Source of the DNA: Eledone cirrhosa
Lineage: Eukaryota
Assembly: GCA_964016885.1 (NCBI GenBank)
Contig: OZ024761.1
Coordinates: forward strand, 11,408,001-11,472,000
Length of the DNA: 64,000 bases
Direction: 5' to 3'
Below, piece by piece: positions 12,381-25,943 of the stretch (position 1 is its first letter; the number at the start of each line of letters is the position of its first letter). A program made the position numbers and the translations under genes. Below the pieces are notes generated by a model, which was given only the letters and a program-made list of their open reading frames with translations, made no database searches and was not told the DNA's origin.

Positions 12381-13610
12381 GTTCTTTGCGTCTCAGTCAT
12401 TGATGTTATTTAACTGGAAAGTTTGTTGAAATGAATATCAAACCACTTCCTGCAGCCTCAGATATTCAGGATGTATCGGAGGGTTCTTGCTGTTCCCAGC
12501 AAGCATGCATTTTGAAGTGTTCCAAAAAGCAGGGCGGGACCAATTTTCTTTAACCATCCTTGGAAACTCTTTGAGATAGTACCTAGTGCGCCTATGACAA
12601 TCGGGACCACTTTGACTTCATGGCAGTTCCAAATCCTTTTTACCTCCCATTTTAAGTCCTGGTATCGGTTAATTTTCTCCCTCTCCTTCTCTTGCACTTT
12701 CGTGTCGAATGGGCAGGCCACATCCACAATCAGGCACGATCTTTTTTCCTTGTCCCAAACCACCAGGTCAGGTCTATTGTGTTCCAGTTTCTTGTCCGTC
12801 TGTATCCTAAAATCCCACAGCACCTTCACCTGATCGTTTTCTATCACCGACTCTGGCTTATGCTCATACCACTTCTCAGAATGTGGTAAATTGTTTACTT
12901 TGCATAGGTGCCAGTGGATCACCCTGCCCATCACATCATGTCTCCAGCCTTTATAGTGAGTCTGGGCTAGGTGTTTACACTCAGATACAATGTGATCCAC
13001 AGTCTCCTCTCTCTCTCCACAGATCCTGCACAGTGGGCTAGCCTCCTCCTTGTCAATATGGTGTTTCACCCACTTCGTTCTGAGGGCCTGCTCTTGCACA
13101 GCCATTATCATTCCTTCTGTGGCCTTTTTAAGGTCTCCTCTTTTCAACCAGTTCCATGTCTGTGGATCTCTGAATTCAGTTTTCTCAAAGAAGGTACTAT
13201 GAAGGGATTTTTCATGAAGGTTGCTCTTTCTCCTCGTTGTTATTTCCTCCTTGGACATCCCCTGGTCTATTGTCCTCTCCTTCAGTACAGTTCTGAGCAT
13301 TGGCTCCCTACTGTCAGTCACGTATTTGTGTAGGTTGTTTTTCTCCATCTGAACACAGTCCTCTATGCTGATAAGACCTCTTCCACCTTCAGATCTCCTT
13401 AAGTAGAGTCTATCGACATCACTCCTCTTGTGGAACATGTTGTAGATAGTCAATAGCTTCCTAGTCTTCCTATCCATTCCTTTTTGTTCAGCAACATTCC
13501 ATCTCAGAATTCCCGCACTGTACCTAATAATAGACACAGCTCGGGAATTTACTGCACTTATGGCATTCCTACTATTCAGATGTGATTTTAATATGCTCCT
13601 TACTCTCCGA
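12381..13610 (-). mobile_element. 5'-truncated R4/Dong-clade non-LTR retroelement (restriction-like endonuclease) in E78 intron 6
   Basis: Uninterrupted frame with DRLYLRRSEGGRGL, CRICGEREETVDHIVSEC, RHD and RPDLVV..IVDVACP (PD-D REL motif). ATT repeats on both flanks. Confidence 0.9.
12458..13610 (-). CDS. C-terminal fragment of Dong/R4 ORF (RT thumb, CCHC, REL endonuclease); no RT core
   Basis: Frame stays open upstream of the listed 359-aa ORF to the truncation point (RRVRSILKSHLNSRNAISAVNSRAVSIIRYSAG). Confidence 0.8.
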
Positions 13611-13629
13611 TATTATTATTATTATGCCA

Positions 13630-13745
13630 TTCTGAGTTCAAATCCCGCCGAGGTTAACTTTGCCTTTCATCCTTACGGAGTCGATAAAATAAAGTACCAG
13701 TAATGTACTGGGTAATTGCTCGCCTTGTGCCTAAAGTAGAAATAA
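13630..13745 (+). mobile_element. SINE family 1, 5'-truncated
   Basis: B-box through tail, identical to the family consensus. Confidence 0.8.
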
Positions 13746-13762
13746 TAATAATAATAATAATA

Positions 13763-13830
<68 letters not shown>

Positions 13831-13884
13831 CATCATCATCATCGTATTATCATCAATATCGTCATCATCAGCATTGTCATAATT

Positions 13885-13920
<36 letters not shown>

Positions 13921-14119
13921 GTTTTTCCATGTTTGCATGGGTTGAATGGGTTCTCTTCAGCACAGCATCTTTTCGTTTGTTGTGTTCCTTCGTCATCTCT
14001 TTGTCAGTTTCTTTGCTCAATTATAACTGTTTATATTTAATATATTTTTTTTTTATATTTTATTTTTTGTAAATGTTTTTTTTTTTTCGTTTTTTTTTTT
14101 TTTTTTTTTTTTTTTGCAG

Positions 14120-14388
14120 ACCGCCAGGGCTTGACCAATACGAAGGGCGTAGAGAAAATCCAGGACAAGCTTATTGAAGCTCTCAAGTTGCAGATTAGTC
14201 GTAATCATTCGACTGAGGAACATCTTTATGCAAATACCATAATGAAACTCCCCGAGCTGAGGTCACTTGGTACCTGGCACAATGAACTCTTACAGTGGTA
14301 TCGCTCTCAGTGGAAACGGCTCAAAGTGCCGCCTCTCTATGCCGAAATATATGATATTCCAAAAAATGAGGAGGACGCACAGGGGTGA
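14120..14388 (+). CDS. E78: E78-like terminal exon (LBD helices 9-12, AF-2)
   Basis: poly-T plus gcag acceptor. Translates DRQGLTNTKGVEKIQDKLIEALK...KLPELRSLG...VPPLYAEIYDIP...stop. All seven exon phases are compatible. Confidence 0.93.
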
Positions 14389-14617
14389 AATCTTTCTCTC
14401 GCTCTCACTCTCACTCTCACTCTCTCTCTCTTATTCTTTACCTCTTTCTCTCTCTTTCTCACTCTCCTCCCCTCCTCTTTCTATTACAGTGGTATCGCTC
14501 TCAGTGGAAACAGCTCTCAGTGCCGCCTCTCTATGCCGAAATATACGATATTCCTAAATATTAGGAAGACGCACAGGGGTGAAATTTCTCCTTTTCCTCC
14601 TCTTTTCTCATTCTCTC

Positions 14618-14661
<44 letters not shown>

Positions 14662-14665
14662 ATCC

Positions 14666-14700
<35 letters not shown>

Positions 14701-14787
14701 TTCTCATCCTCTCTCTCTCTTCCTCTATAACCTACTCTCTTACCTACTCTTCCCTCTCTCTCTCTTTAACCCACCCACCCACACACA

Positions 14788-14828
<41 letters not shown>

Positions 14829-14949
14829 ACCCAGTACCAGTAAACAACCTACCAACTATTTCACTGCTCACTCAACACCAACAACATTCATATCTACCTA
14901 CCTATCTACCTACCTACCTACCTACCTACCTACCTACCTACCTACCTAC

Positions 14950-14984
<35 letters not shown>

Positions 14985-15009
14985 CCTACCTATCTATCTA
15001 TCTATCTAT

Positions 15010-15080
<71 letters not shown>

Positions 15081-15791
15081 TATTTGTCCCATTTCATTTC
15101 TTTTTCACGTGCACGTGTTCTTGTGTGTATGTGTGTTTGTGTGTATGTGCGTTTGTGTGTATGTGTGTATGTGTGTTTGTGTGTATGTGCGTTTGTGTGT
15201 ATGTGTGTTTGTTTGTGTGTGTATGCGTGTTTGTGTGTATGTGTGTTTGTACCTCTGTGTATGTCAAAGTGGATGGGAGAAAAAGTGTGTGTGTGTATAT
15301 ATATATATATGTGACTGTGTGTGTGCCTCTGTGTATGTGAGAGTGTGCATATGTCAGTGTGTGTCTGTGTATGTGAGAGTGTGAATATGGTATGTAAGTA
15401 TGTGTGTCTGTATGTACCCATACATGTGTGTGTGTGTCAACCTGTCTCACACCTCAAGTTTCTCACCTGTCTCCCATGTTTAACCATTAATAGCTATTTT
15501 CAGTAAAAGTATATAATTGTTGAGGGGGGGGGGGGGGTATAGCCTAGTGGTCAGGGTGTTCAACTCAATCATAAGAGCCCAGCTTCAATTCCTCGACTGG
15601 GCAGCATGTTGTGTCCTTAATTATGTTGCTTCATTTCACGTTGCTCCAGTCTATTCAACTGAGTGAAAAACACGAGTACCAGCTGCATCTTGGGGTTAAC
15701 CGGATTGCTGTTCAGTCTAGCTAGAGGAAGTCTGTTCATGAGACTTGGAGCCTCTGTCGTTAAAACACTTGAGAAACCTGCTATTGAGTCA

Positions 15792-16573
15792 ACCTTATAG
15801 AAAGCCAGCTAACCCTACATAGGTGTGAGCTGTAACAACATGATAGGACTGGGGTCCCTATTGTTAAAACATCCCAAAAGATTCTTATAAGATATAACCT
15901 TATAGAAAGCCAGCTAACCCTACATAGGTGTGGGTTGTAACAACATGATAGGACTGGGGTCCCTATCGTTAAAACATCCCAAAAGATTCTTATAAGATAT
16001 AACCTTATAGAAAGCCAGCTAACCCTACATAGGTGTGAGCTGTAACAACATGATAGGACTGGGGTCCCTATTGTTAAAACATCCCAAAAGATTCTTATAA
16101 GATATAACCTTATAGAAAGCCAGCTAACCCTACATAGGTGTGAGCTGTAACAACATGATAGGACTGGGGTCCCTATCGTTAAAACATCCCAAAAGATTCT
16201 TATAAGATATAACCTTATAGAAAGCCAGCTAACCCTACATAGGTGTGAGCTGTAACAACATGATAGGACTGGGGTCCCTATCGTTAAAACATCCCAAAAG
16301 ATTCTTATAAGATATAACCTTATAGAAAGCCAGCTAACCCTACATAGGTGTGAGCTGTAACAACATGATAGGACTGGGGTCCCTATCGTTAAAACATCCC
16401 AAAAGATTCTTATAAGATATAACCTTATAGAAGGCCAGCTAACCCTACATAGGTGTGAGCTGTAACAACATGATAGGACTGGGGTCCCTATCGTTAAAAC
16501 ATCCCAAAAGATTCTTATAAGATATAACCTTATAGAAGGCCAGCTAACCCTACATAGGTGTGGGTTGTAACAA
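15792..16573. repeat. 105-bp tandem repeat (about 7.5 copies)
   Basis: Unit aaccttatagaaagccagctaaccctacatagg...gattcttataagatat, near-identical. Confidence 0.95.
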
Positions 16574-16744
16574 CAAAAGCATTTTTGGCTTGTGAGTTAA
16601 GTTTTTAGGAGGGGGGGGGGTTAAAGAATATCAAAACAAACCATTCCATTGATTGGGGGGCAGGGGGTTCTGGCACAATGGTTTTTTTGTTTTTGATTTA
16701 AAAAAAAATTAATCGAAATAATTAATTTCCATTTCTTAATCAAC

Positions 16745-17117
16745 ATGCACCCACCCCCCCCCCCCCCCCATCCCACCCCCACTACCCCTCCTCCCCTGTA
16801 CCACATGTCCCCCCCACCACTCCCCATCCTCCTCTGTATAACATGTGTCCCCCACCACCACCACTCCCCCTCTTCCTCCACCTCTGTACAACATGTCCCC
16901 CCACCACTCCCCCTCCTCCCCTGTATAACATGTGTCCCCCCACCACCACCACTCCCCGCCCTCCACCCTTGTACAACATGTCCCTCCCCTTCCTCCCCTG
17001 TACAACGTGCCCCCCCCCCCCACTCCCTCCTCCTCCTCTGTATAACATGCCCCCTCCTCCTCCTCCGTATAACATGCCCCCCCCCCCTGCCCCCACTCCC
17101 TCCACCCCTGTACAACA
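16745..17117. repeat. C-rich about 40-bp degenerate repeat (G4-prone on minus strand)
   Basis: ctgta(t/c)aacatgt followed by C-runs, repeated. Confidence 0.75.
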
Positions 17118-17364
17118 TTTCATGTGAATTGGTTTTATTGTAGAAGAACATTTGAGAGAAAGTTTGGAGGGTTTGATGGGTCCCACAAATTGTGTAAATC
17201 TCTGAACTATTACGGAACATTTCTGAATATTGAGCTCATTGATATATTGATGATGATGATGATGGTGGTGATGATGGTGGTGGTGGTGGTGGTGGTGGTG
17301 ATGGTGGTGGTGGTGGTGGTGGTGGTGATGGTGATGGTGATTTCTTAAATCATGATAATTAACA

Positions 17365-17552
17365 ATAATTGTTTCTACTATTGGCACAAGGCCAGCAATT
17401 ACCCAGTACATTACTGGTACTTTATTTTATCGACCCCGTAAGGATGAAAGGCAAAGTTAACCTTGGCGGGATTTGAACTCAGATCGTAAAGGGACGTAAC
17501 TATGCTGGAAAGCATGGCGTCCGACCCTCTACGGATACTGGTAATCCACCGA
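17365..17552 (-). mobile_element. SINE family 1
   Basis: Reverse complement of the family sequence. Confidence 0.85.
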
Positions 17553-17635
17553 ATAATAATGATTTCTAGTATAGGCTCAAGGCCAGTGGGGGAAGGGGAG
17601 AGTCGATGTGGATGGGGGTGGTGGTGATGTGAAGA

Positions 17636-18000
17636 AGATGGCTAAGTAGTTAGAGCATTGTCTTACAATCGTGAGGTTGTGAGTTTGATTCTCAGACCAG
17701 GTTTACATCGAGTTCTTGAGCAAAACACTTTATTTCATGTTGCTCCAGTTCACTCAGCTGTAGAAATGAATTGGGACGTCACTGGTGCCAAGCTGTATCG
17801 GCCATTGTCTTTCCCTTGGACAACATTGGTGGCATGGAGAGGAGAGACTGGTATACATGGGTGACTGGTGGTGGGGAGGGGAGAGACATGGGTGACTGGT
17901 GGCTGGTCTTTCACAAACAAACCTTGACCAGGCTTGTACCTCGGAGGGGAGCTTTCTAGTTTCAAAGCCCTCTCCCCCCTTTGGTCATGAATGACCAAAG
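17636..18000 (+). mobile_element. tRNA-derived SINE family 2 (CORE-like); related pieces at 15540-15700, 60308-60447 (-) and 63772-63955
   Basis: tRNA-like head ggctaagtagttagagc..gagtttgattctc and central ttgagcaaaacactttatttcatgttgctccagttcactcagctgtagaaatg. Confidence 0.65.
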
Positions 18001-19367
18001 GGGGGAGAGGGGTAAAAAAAAAGGAAAAAGGTATGGAGGAGATGGTTATGGTATGTGTGGGGGGTACTTATGTGGAAGGGACAATAGGAGTGTGGGGAGG
18101 GGTGACGGGTGTTGATGGACAACTGCTGGTCTTCCACAAAATAAAAAAACCCACCTTGCCCAGGCTGTAGCACCTTGGAAATGGATTTTTCCAGGTGCAA
18201 AATAAAACCCCCAAAGATCAGCTCTGACCAAAAGGGTTGTGGTGGGGCTGGGGGCTCATGTCAATACTCAGGTAAACTTGTGATTCTCAGGTACAATATA
18301 TAATTGTCTGTCTGTCTGTCTGTTCTGGTTGAGTGACCATCTGACTTGCCCCTCTCTAGATATGGTTCATTGATCTTGCTAAACACACTTAGCTGTTGTT
18401 GATTCCCCCCTCCCCCTTCCTTCCTGTGTTATCATTCATCACCATCACCACCACCACCACCACCACCACCATCATCACTGCCGCTCTACCACCACCACCT
18501 CAACCTCAACCTCCAGCACCACCACCATCACCACCATTACTACCACCACCACCATACCACCACCAACACCACCACCACCACCACCACTACACCACCACCA
18601 CTACACCACCACCGCCACCACTACACCACCACCACGACTACACCACCACTACGACTACACCACCACCATCACCACTGCTACCACCACCACCACTACACCA
18701 CCACCACACCACCACTACTACCACCACCACTACACCACCACCATCACTACACCACCACCACCACTACACCATCACTACACCACCACTTCACCACCACCAT
18801 CACTACACCACCACCACCACTACACCATCACTACACCACCACCACTACACCACCACCACTACACCACCACCACCACTACACCACCACTACACCACCACCA
18901 CCACCACTACACCACCACCACCACCACCACTACACCACCACCACACCACCACCACTACACCACCACCTCTACACCACCACCACCACATCACCACCACTAC
19001 ACCACCACCACTACACCACCACCACCACTACACCACCACCACCACCATCACCAATAGTGACTTATTTGTTAAATCTGTTTTCATCTTTGCTCTCTAAGTT
19101 ATAATAAATATATTTTTATAGTTTGTCACATCTAAACTCCCTCTTTCTCTCCCCTTAATTATATTTATTTATCCTGGTACCTCCACTACCTACTCCCTAT
19201 ATATCATATATCCTGGTACCTACCCTATATACTCCCTATATATAATATATTCTGGTACCTACCCTATATACTCCCTGTTTTAAATGTCTAACCCCTCAAC
19301 CACTATTTTCACTATTTAACCACCCACCTCCAATCTTTACCACTCAACCCTACTATTTTAGAAGTTT

Positions 19368-19592
19368 CTAGTATTGTACTAACTAGCTGGTTATAGTATT
19401 GTACTAACTAGCTGGTTATAGTATTGAACTAACTAGAGAGTTATAGTATTGTACTAACTAGCTGGTTATAGTATTGTACTAACTAGAGAATTATAGTATT
19501 GTACTAACTAGCTGGTTATAGTATTGTACTAACTAGAGAGTTATAGTATTGTACTAACTAGCTGGTTATAGTATTGTACTAACTAGCTGGTT
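19368..19592. repeat. 25-bp minisatellite (about 9 copies)
   Basis: Unit tagtattgtactaactagctggtta with a gagag variant. Confidence 0.92.
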
Positions 19593-20311
19593 CTTTACAT
19601 AAAATTATGACCACAAAGATTTTAGATAAATTTAAACACTTTAAAACAAACATTAGGTCAGTAAACTACGTACCAGTAATATCACAGGGTAAATGTGATT
19701 AGATCTCATTCAGTAAAATGTTTCTCATATAATGATTTGTCAAAGGTGCCAGCAGGGAGATTTACTCAACAGATTGGACCAAGGAAGCTATGTTTCCATT
19801 GTTCTTACCATTGCTAATACTATATACACAGATAAATAATTTAATAGATAGATATATAAGACAAATGAACATCAATGAAGGACATTATTACAACTTCTAT
19901 CATAATACAATTGTGACCTAAGTAAACATGGAAGAACAGCTGAACTCCCACTGTCATCATTTCCATCTCTCTGGCCCTCCCCATCTCTCCATATGGTGAG
20001 CAAATGGGGTCCCATGTGTTGGCCTACCCCACAGCCCTGGCGGACAGACTATATGCCAGTCGCAACACCCAGCAGAAAATATATTAGCTGTTAATTCAAC
20101 CACCACCAACACCACCACCACCATTGCCAAAATTATAAATCATTATAATTATTGTTATCATCATCATCATCATCATCACCGCCATCATCATCATCATTAG
20201 TATTGAAATACTGTGTTAAATTTCTCAGTTTTCTGAATGGAAGGTTCTTCAATCATGCTCAAATCTCTAATTTATACATACATATATACATACATACATA
20301 TATATATATAC

Positions 20312-20363
<52 letters not shown>

Positions 20364-20371
20364 GTATATAT

Positions 20372-20417
<46 letters not shown>

Positions 20418-20742
20418 TGGTTGCCAACTCATTTTCGAGTACGGCCACTACTTTATATCCATGTAGGAGAACCCCTACCAATGCGCTGAACGAATGTGAC
20501 TTTTTAGTCCAGCTGGCAACTTGAAAACTCTGGTACAAACACTACACTTGTGACAGTTATTGACACATAGTGCTGGGCCTATGGTACCATGTGACGACAG
20601 GTGCAGAGAGATCTCCAGATATAAAGCAATGCCTGTGCTGTGAAGCTTTTATAGTGAGCAAAGGCACTGCACAAAGCCAGTCCCACTCTCTTAACCAAGA
20701 TGATATTTACCAAAAAGAAGAACAAGTCAACATCATTGGATA

Positions 20743-20779
<37 letters not shown>

Positions 20780-20784
20780 CATAT

Positions 20785-20829
<45 letters not shown>

Positions 20830-20830
<1 letters not shown>

Positions 20831-20941
20831 AAGGCTTCTACAAGCCCGAATGAAACAGTTCTATATTAAATAGTTATACTCTGCTTTGTATTGAGTACCT
20901 TACTTACTGTGGTTACCCCCGATTGAACCCGGAATAAACTT
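20830..20941 (+). mobile_element. Family A internally deleted copy in (TA)n
   Basis: ggcttctaca..cccgaatgaaacagttcta plus the complete tail. Confidence 0.6.
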
Positions 20942-21014
20942 ATATATATATATATATATATATACAAATATAGCATTGAGTTACGTGTGTGACAGCACCA
21001 TCATCACATTCCAC

Positions 21015-21050
<36 letters not shown>

Positions 21051-21052
21051 CA

Positions 21053-21117
<65 letters not shown>

Positions 21118-21407
21118 GCGAAAACTAACCCAAACCAAGCAGTGCGTGTGTTTTACTATATATTTCTGGCAATATTGTAACAACATGACCCTCCCCAAAT
21201 ATATATATATACATAGAGAGAGAGAGAGAGAGAGACCGGTACAGAATGTATGTTCTTTCTGAAGGTGAAATCTTACCAAGGGAGATAATTCAGTTGACTA
21301 TTTCCACAGTCCCCCCCCCCCCCCCCCGTTAAAATAGTTCTCTATTGTAAAAGTCAAAAAGATCCTTTTCATTTGAATTTAAAGAAAGAATAATAATAAC
21401 AATGATA

Positions 21408-21548
21408 ATAATTGTTTCTACTTTCGGCACAAGGCCAGCAATTACCCAAGTACATTACTGGTACTTTATTTTATCGACCCCATAAGGATGAAAGGCAAAG
21501 TTAACCTCGGTGGGGATTTGAACTGAGACCATAAAGGGGCGTAACTCT
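21408..21548 (-). mobile_element. SINE family 1, partial
   Basis: Reverse complement of B-box, core and tail. Confidence 0.8.
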
Positions 21549-21560
21549 ATAATAACGATG

Positions 21561-21593
<33 letters not shown>

Positions 21594-21595
<2 letters not shown>

Positions 21596-21925
21596 TTCTT
21601 TATTAACCACACAGGGCTCACATTAAGACGGTACAATGTTGGAAGGGTTTTGTGTGAAAGAAAAGTTTATAACAAAAACTAAAAAAAAAAAAAACATTTA
21701 AAAAATTATACAATATAACAAATCCTTAAAAGTGAAGGTACTTCCGAAGGTCACTTGTGCAGAAGAAAGCCCACAAAAAGTCACGGTAACCTTCACCACT
21801 AGGGACAGTGCCCTCTCAGATGTTCTCTGAGCAGGTCCATTCACTCAGACCATGCTCATCTTTCTCACCCACCTTTTAACAAACTGCTTGGAAGGCAGTA
21901 TTTCCCTCTCCACTCTGATGTTTTT
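21594..21925 (-). mobile_element. Diverged 5'-truncated Tx1-like 3' fragment; related 3' ends at 22590-22810, 22824-23170 (-) and 49430-49515 (+)
   Basis: Minus strand encodes IRVEREILPSKQFVKRWV..VNG, matching the ORF2 C-terminus of the intact element. Ends aataaagaaa plus (att)n. Confidence 0.65.
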
Positions 21926-23796
21926 TAGTGGCCACAAGGGCCCAAGATACTGCGGACGATAGTAGGACAAAAACACGAGGGTGGGAGTTCACATCAAATG
22001 AAAGGAAGGAACATCACTGAATAGAGAAAATAATAATGTAGTTTCTAATAAATATATATATACAACAATAAGAAACTAATGAATGTCAGCAAGGACCAGT
22101 TCTCCAATAGTAGGTGGGCGGGAACCGTACACATTCCAGGACATTGAAAGTGCCCCTTCCCAGTTCCCCTCATCCTGCTTGGAAAAACATAGTCAGTGAA
22201 TGGCCCCTTCAGCTTCAATAATAATAATAAGGGTTTCTTTATCATTTGTCTATTTATCACAACCAACTTTTATGTTACTTTGAGCTGGTTATTTTAAGGA
22301 ATACCAGGCTACAACTAAAAACCTATGGTAACATCCTCTTTTTCATAACATTCCTTGTCATTTCACGACTGCTGGTAGTCCAGACCCTTTCTCAATATCT
22401 CGGCTGTTCCCAGACAAAACTTCTCGAGCGGGTCAATCCCTGTTCTTTATTATCATTGTTTATTTTATCATCTATTTTATTATTATTATTATTATTATCA
22501 TCATCATGTCATGTACTCCCTCATGATTGATCTTAATTCCTAGTTTTGTTAAGACAACGGACCACATCCAGTGATCTTAATAATAATGCTTTCTTTATTA
22601 ACCACAAGGGTTGACATAAAGTAGACATTAAGGACAGCACAGGACGCTAGAGGACGGTACAAATGGGCATTTCTGCATGTAAAAAAAACAAAAATTATAT
22701 ATATATATATAAAAAACAAACAAAGAATGTAACAAAAAAAACAAAAAAAAACAAAGGAAAAATTCCCCAATGGGGAGGGGACTTCTGAGGGTCACTTGTG
22801 GACAAAGCCCACAATAATAATAGTTTCATTTATTGGCTACAAGGGCCGACATATAGGGGACAATACAAAAGACAGGGACATTGGGGGTTTACATATACAA
22901 TGTGTAAACAATATTAATAACAATAACAAAATAATAATAAAAATACAACAAAGAAAATTCCCGAATAGGGGGGATGGCCGCCCAGGGTTCACTCAGGTGC
23001 CCCACCAATCCTGAACAACCCGGCACTTCGAGAGCACCCGAGAAGGGCACCCCTCTCCTTCTCAAATTCACCCACCGACAGACACATGATCAGAGTTGGC
23101 CCACTTACTCGGGCCATTCTCACCACATTCATTCAAGGGAGACTTCTGAGGGTCACTTGTGGAGAAAGCCCACAATAATAATAATAATAATTATTATTAT
23201 TATTATTATTTCTTTGAATTCAGAGAGTTCTTATGCTGTCTCCATCAACATACAGGAGCTGTTTGTAAGAAATAACGGAGGGTCCCACTGTTAACTCCCG
23301 CTAACCCTTCTCAAACATTCTGGATGCAGCAACCCAGTCTAAATTTCTTCACTAATCTTTGAGATTTAATTTTGGATTCTTTTCTTTACCACAGCAAAGC
23401 CCCCCCCCCCCCCCCCCCCCACAACAGCTGGAATAATTCCCATTTCCCAAACCCACATTATTTCGAATTTAAGGGGCTGATATCTATTATTATTATTATT
23501 ATTATTATTGTTGTTAATATTACAATATTGGTGGATTTGGCAGTATTTGTTAGTGTTGGACACCATGGTTTGCGGCATAGAGTTGCGTCTCTTTACGTTC
23601 TGATTTCCAATTATGTGGGTTGATAAAATAAAGTACCAGTAACACACTGGAGTCGATTTAATCGACTTTCCCCTCCTCCAGACCATTATTATTATTATTA
23701 TTATTATTGTTGTTGTTATTGTTGTTGTGAATACAGGTATTCAATATAAGGAAAGAGGCTACATTGTTATAAAACAACAACAAAAATAGACAGAGG

Positions 23797-24160
23797 GACA
23801 GACGACTGGACATTGTAACAGATGACTGACAGTGTGACAGGCGTCTGATATTGTAACAGATGACTGGACATTGTAACAGATGACTGACAGTGTGACAGAC
23901 AACTGACAGTGTAACAGATGTCTGATATTGTAACAGACGACTGGACAGTGTAACATATGTCTGACAGTGTAACAAATGTCTGACAGTGTAACAGATGTCT
24001 GAGAGTGTAACAAACGACTAGGCAGTGTGACGGATAACTGGACAGTGTAACAAACGACTAGACAGTGTAACATGTCTGACAGTGTGACAGATGACTGGAG
24101 AGTGTGACATGACTGGACAGTGTGACAGACGACTGGACAGTGTAACATGTGTGACAGACT
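23797..24160. repeat. About 20-bp degenerate minisatellite
   Basis: gacagtgtaacagatgactg variants. Confidence 0.85.
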
Positions 24161-24297
24161 ACAATTATTATTTCTAGGTCAGTTACCATCATTGTGTGTC
24201 ATTTAATTTAATTTGGCAGGGAGAAAAACATTTTTTTTTTGAAAGGGTACCCAATGATGTATATAAAGGTTTCTTTAATATCTTGTTTGGCTAATCT

Positions 24298-24346
<49 letters not shown>

Positions 24347-24416
24347 CATGTGTGTGTGTGTGTGTGTATACGAATGTATATATATATCTATATATTCATG
24401 TGTATATATATATATG

Positions 24417-24456
<40 letters not shown>

Positions 24457-25539
24457 CGTATATATATGTATGCATATATATATATATAATTGTGTCACTA
24501 TAAAGACAAGAGTATTCTGATGATGAAACATTAATTAATTAATTCCATTTATTTAATCACTTGTAATTCAACCCATATATTGAATGAAATACAAAGAAAA
24601 ACATTTTTTTTTTTTACTCTTTCAAGTGATGTAAATTTAAACACGAAACATTTTAATAAGCATAATGTAATTATTGACAATATTAATAAAGCAACAAAAT
24701 TGAATGTCATTGATTTAAGAACATTTCAAAAATGTGTTATAATTTTTTATTATCTATATATAAATTTCTGTGATTCTGTCACATGTAAAGAGAGATGTGA
24801 ATGTATGTGTGAGTTTGTCTGAATGTATGTGTGTGTGTTTATGTGAATGTATATGTGTGTTTGTCTGAATGTATGTGTGTGTGTTTATGTGAATGTATAT
24901 GTGTGTTTGTCTGAATGTATGTGTGTGTGTTTATGTGAATGTATGTGTGTGTTTGTTTGAATGTCACACAAGCACACATACATTTCGTGTCAGTGTATGG
25001 AAAAAAATTCTTGTAATTAAAAATTCAAGCGCCATTAACTCTTGGTGGAGTTGCAGTGGCACCGGTCTGATATATGATGTGTCTGGAGCCCATACCCTCT
25101 CCAGATCTGAACATAGCCAGTTTCTTGCAGAGAAAGAGAGCAAGAGAGGGGGGGGGGGGGAGAAATGACCCTGGTACTGGAATACTGTTATATTTATCAA
25201 CATCAAATTTACTCTCTGTAGGATTTGAACTCAGAACACGATAAACTGGATCAAACTGGATCAAATACTGATGTATTTTCAATGTGACTCTCTCAAAACT
25301 CTGTTAACTCACTGCTGTGTATTTGATATTAAACTTTATCTGAGAAACTATTAATAATTATTTTATTATGTATGTGGTGTACCAGAGAGAAGACTGTGTT
25401 GGTATCAACATGTGATGCACAAAAGGGTTAAAAGTATATATATGTGACATATATGTAGAGGGAGAAATTTGGTTTAAAAGGAACCCGAAGTGATGTATAA
25501 GAGAGAAGACTGGTGGTATTGATATGTGATGTGCATCAA

Positions 25540-25742
25540 TGATGATCACTGGATGAAGAAATGCCAGGAAATCCCAGTGGAAGGGAAGGACCTGGGCTGA
25601 GGTGGTGAGAGCTGATCTTAAATTGCTGAGACTCTCAGAAGAGATGACGAAGAAATGTGTCAGGTGGAGAGATCCTGTACTGAAAAGGGCTCATTCAACC
25701 CATGCAAGCATGGAAAAAAAGGACGTAAAAATGATGATGATG
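25540..25742 (+). mobile_element. RTE-like LINE 3' end with (GAT)n tail
   Basis: TWAEVVRADLKLL-like coding remnant and tail aacccatgcaagcatggaaaa..ggacgtaaaaatgatgatgatg, also seen at 13900-13950 (-) and 56235-56282. Confidence 0.5.
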
Positions 25743-25943
25743 TATATAGAGTAATGTAATTGCTAAAGGGTTAAGCTTCTGTATATGAAAAAACATCTCT
25801 GGTTGGTTAAGGATTTTTCTGTCAGTCATCAACTGGAAACATATCTCAGCAATTATGAAGGACTTCATCCAAAGCAAGAAAGATTACTGCAGTAGTCAGC
25901 ACATCATGATCAGCATCATCATTGCCGTTTAACTCTTTAGCAT

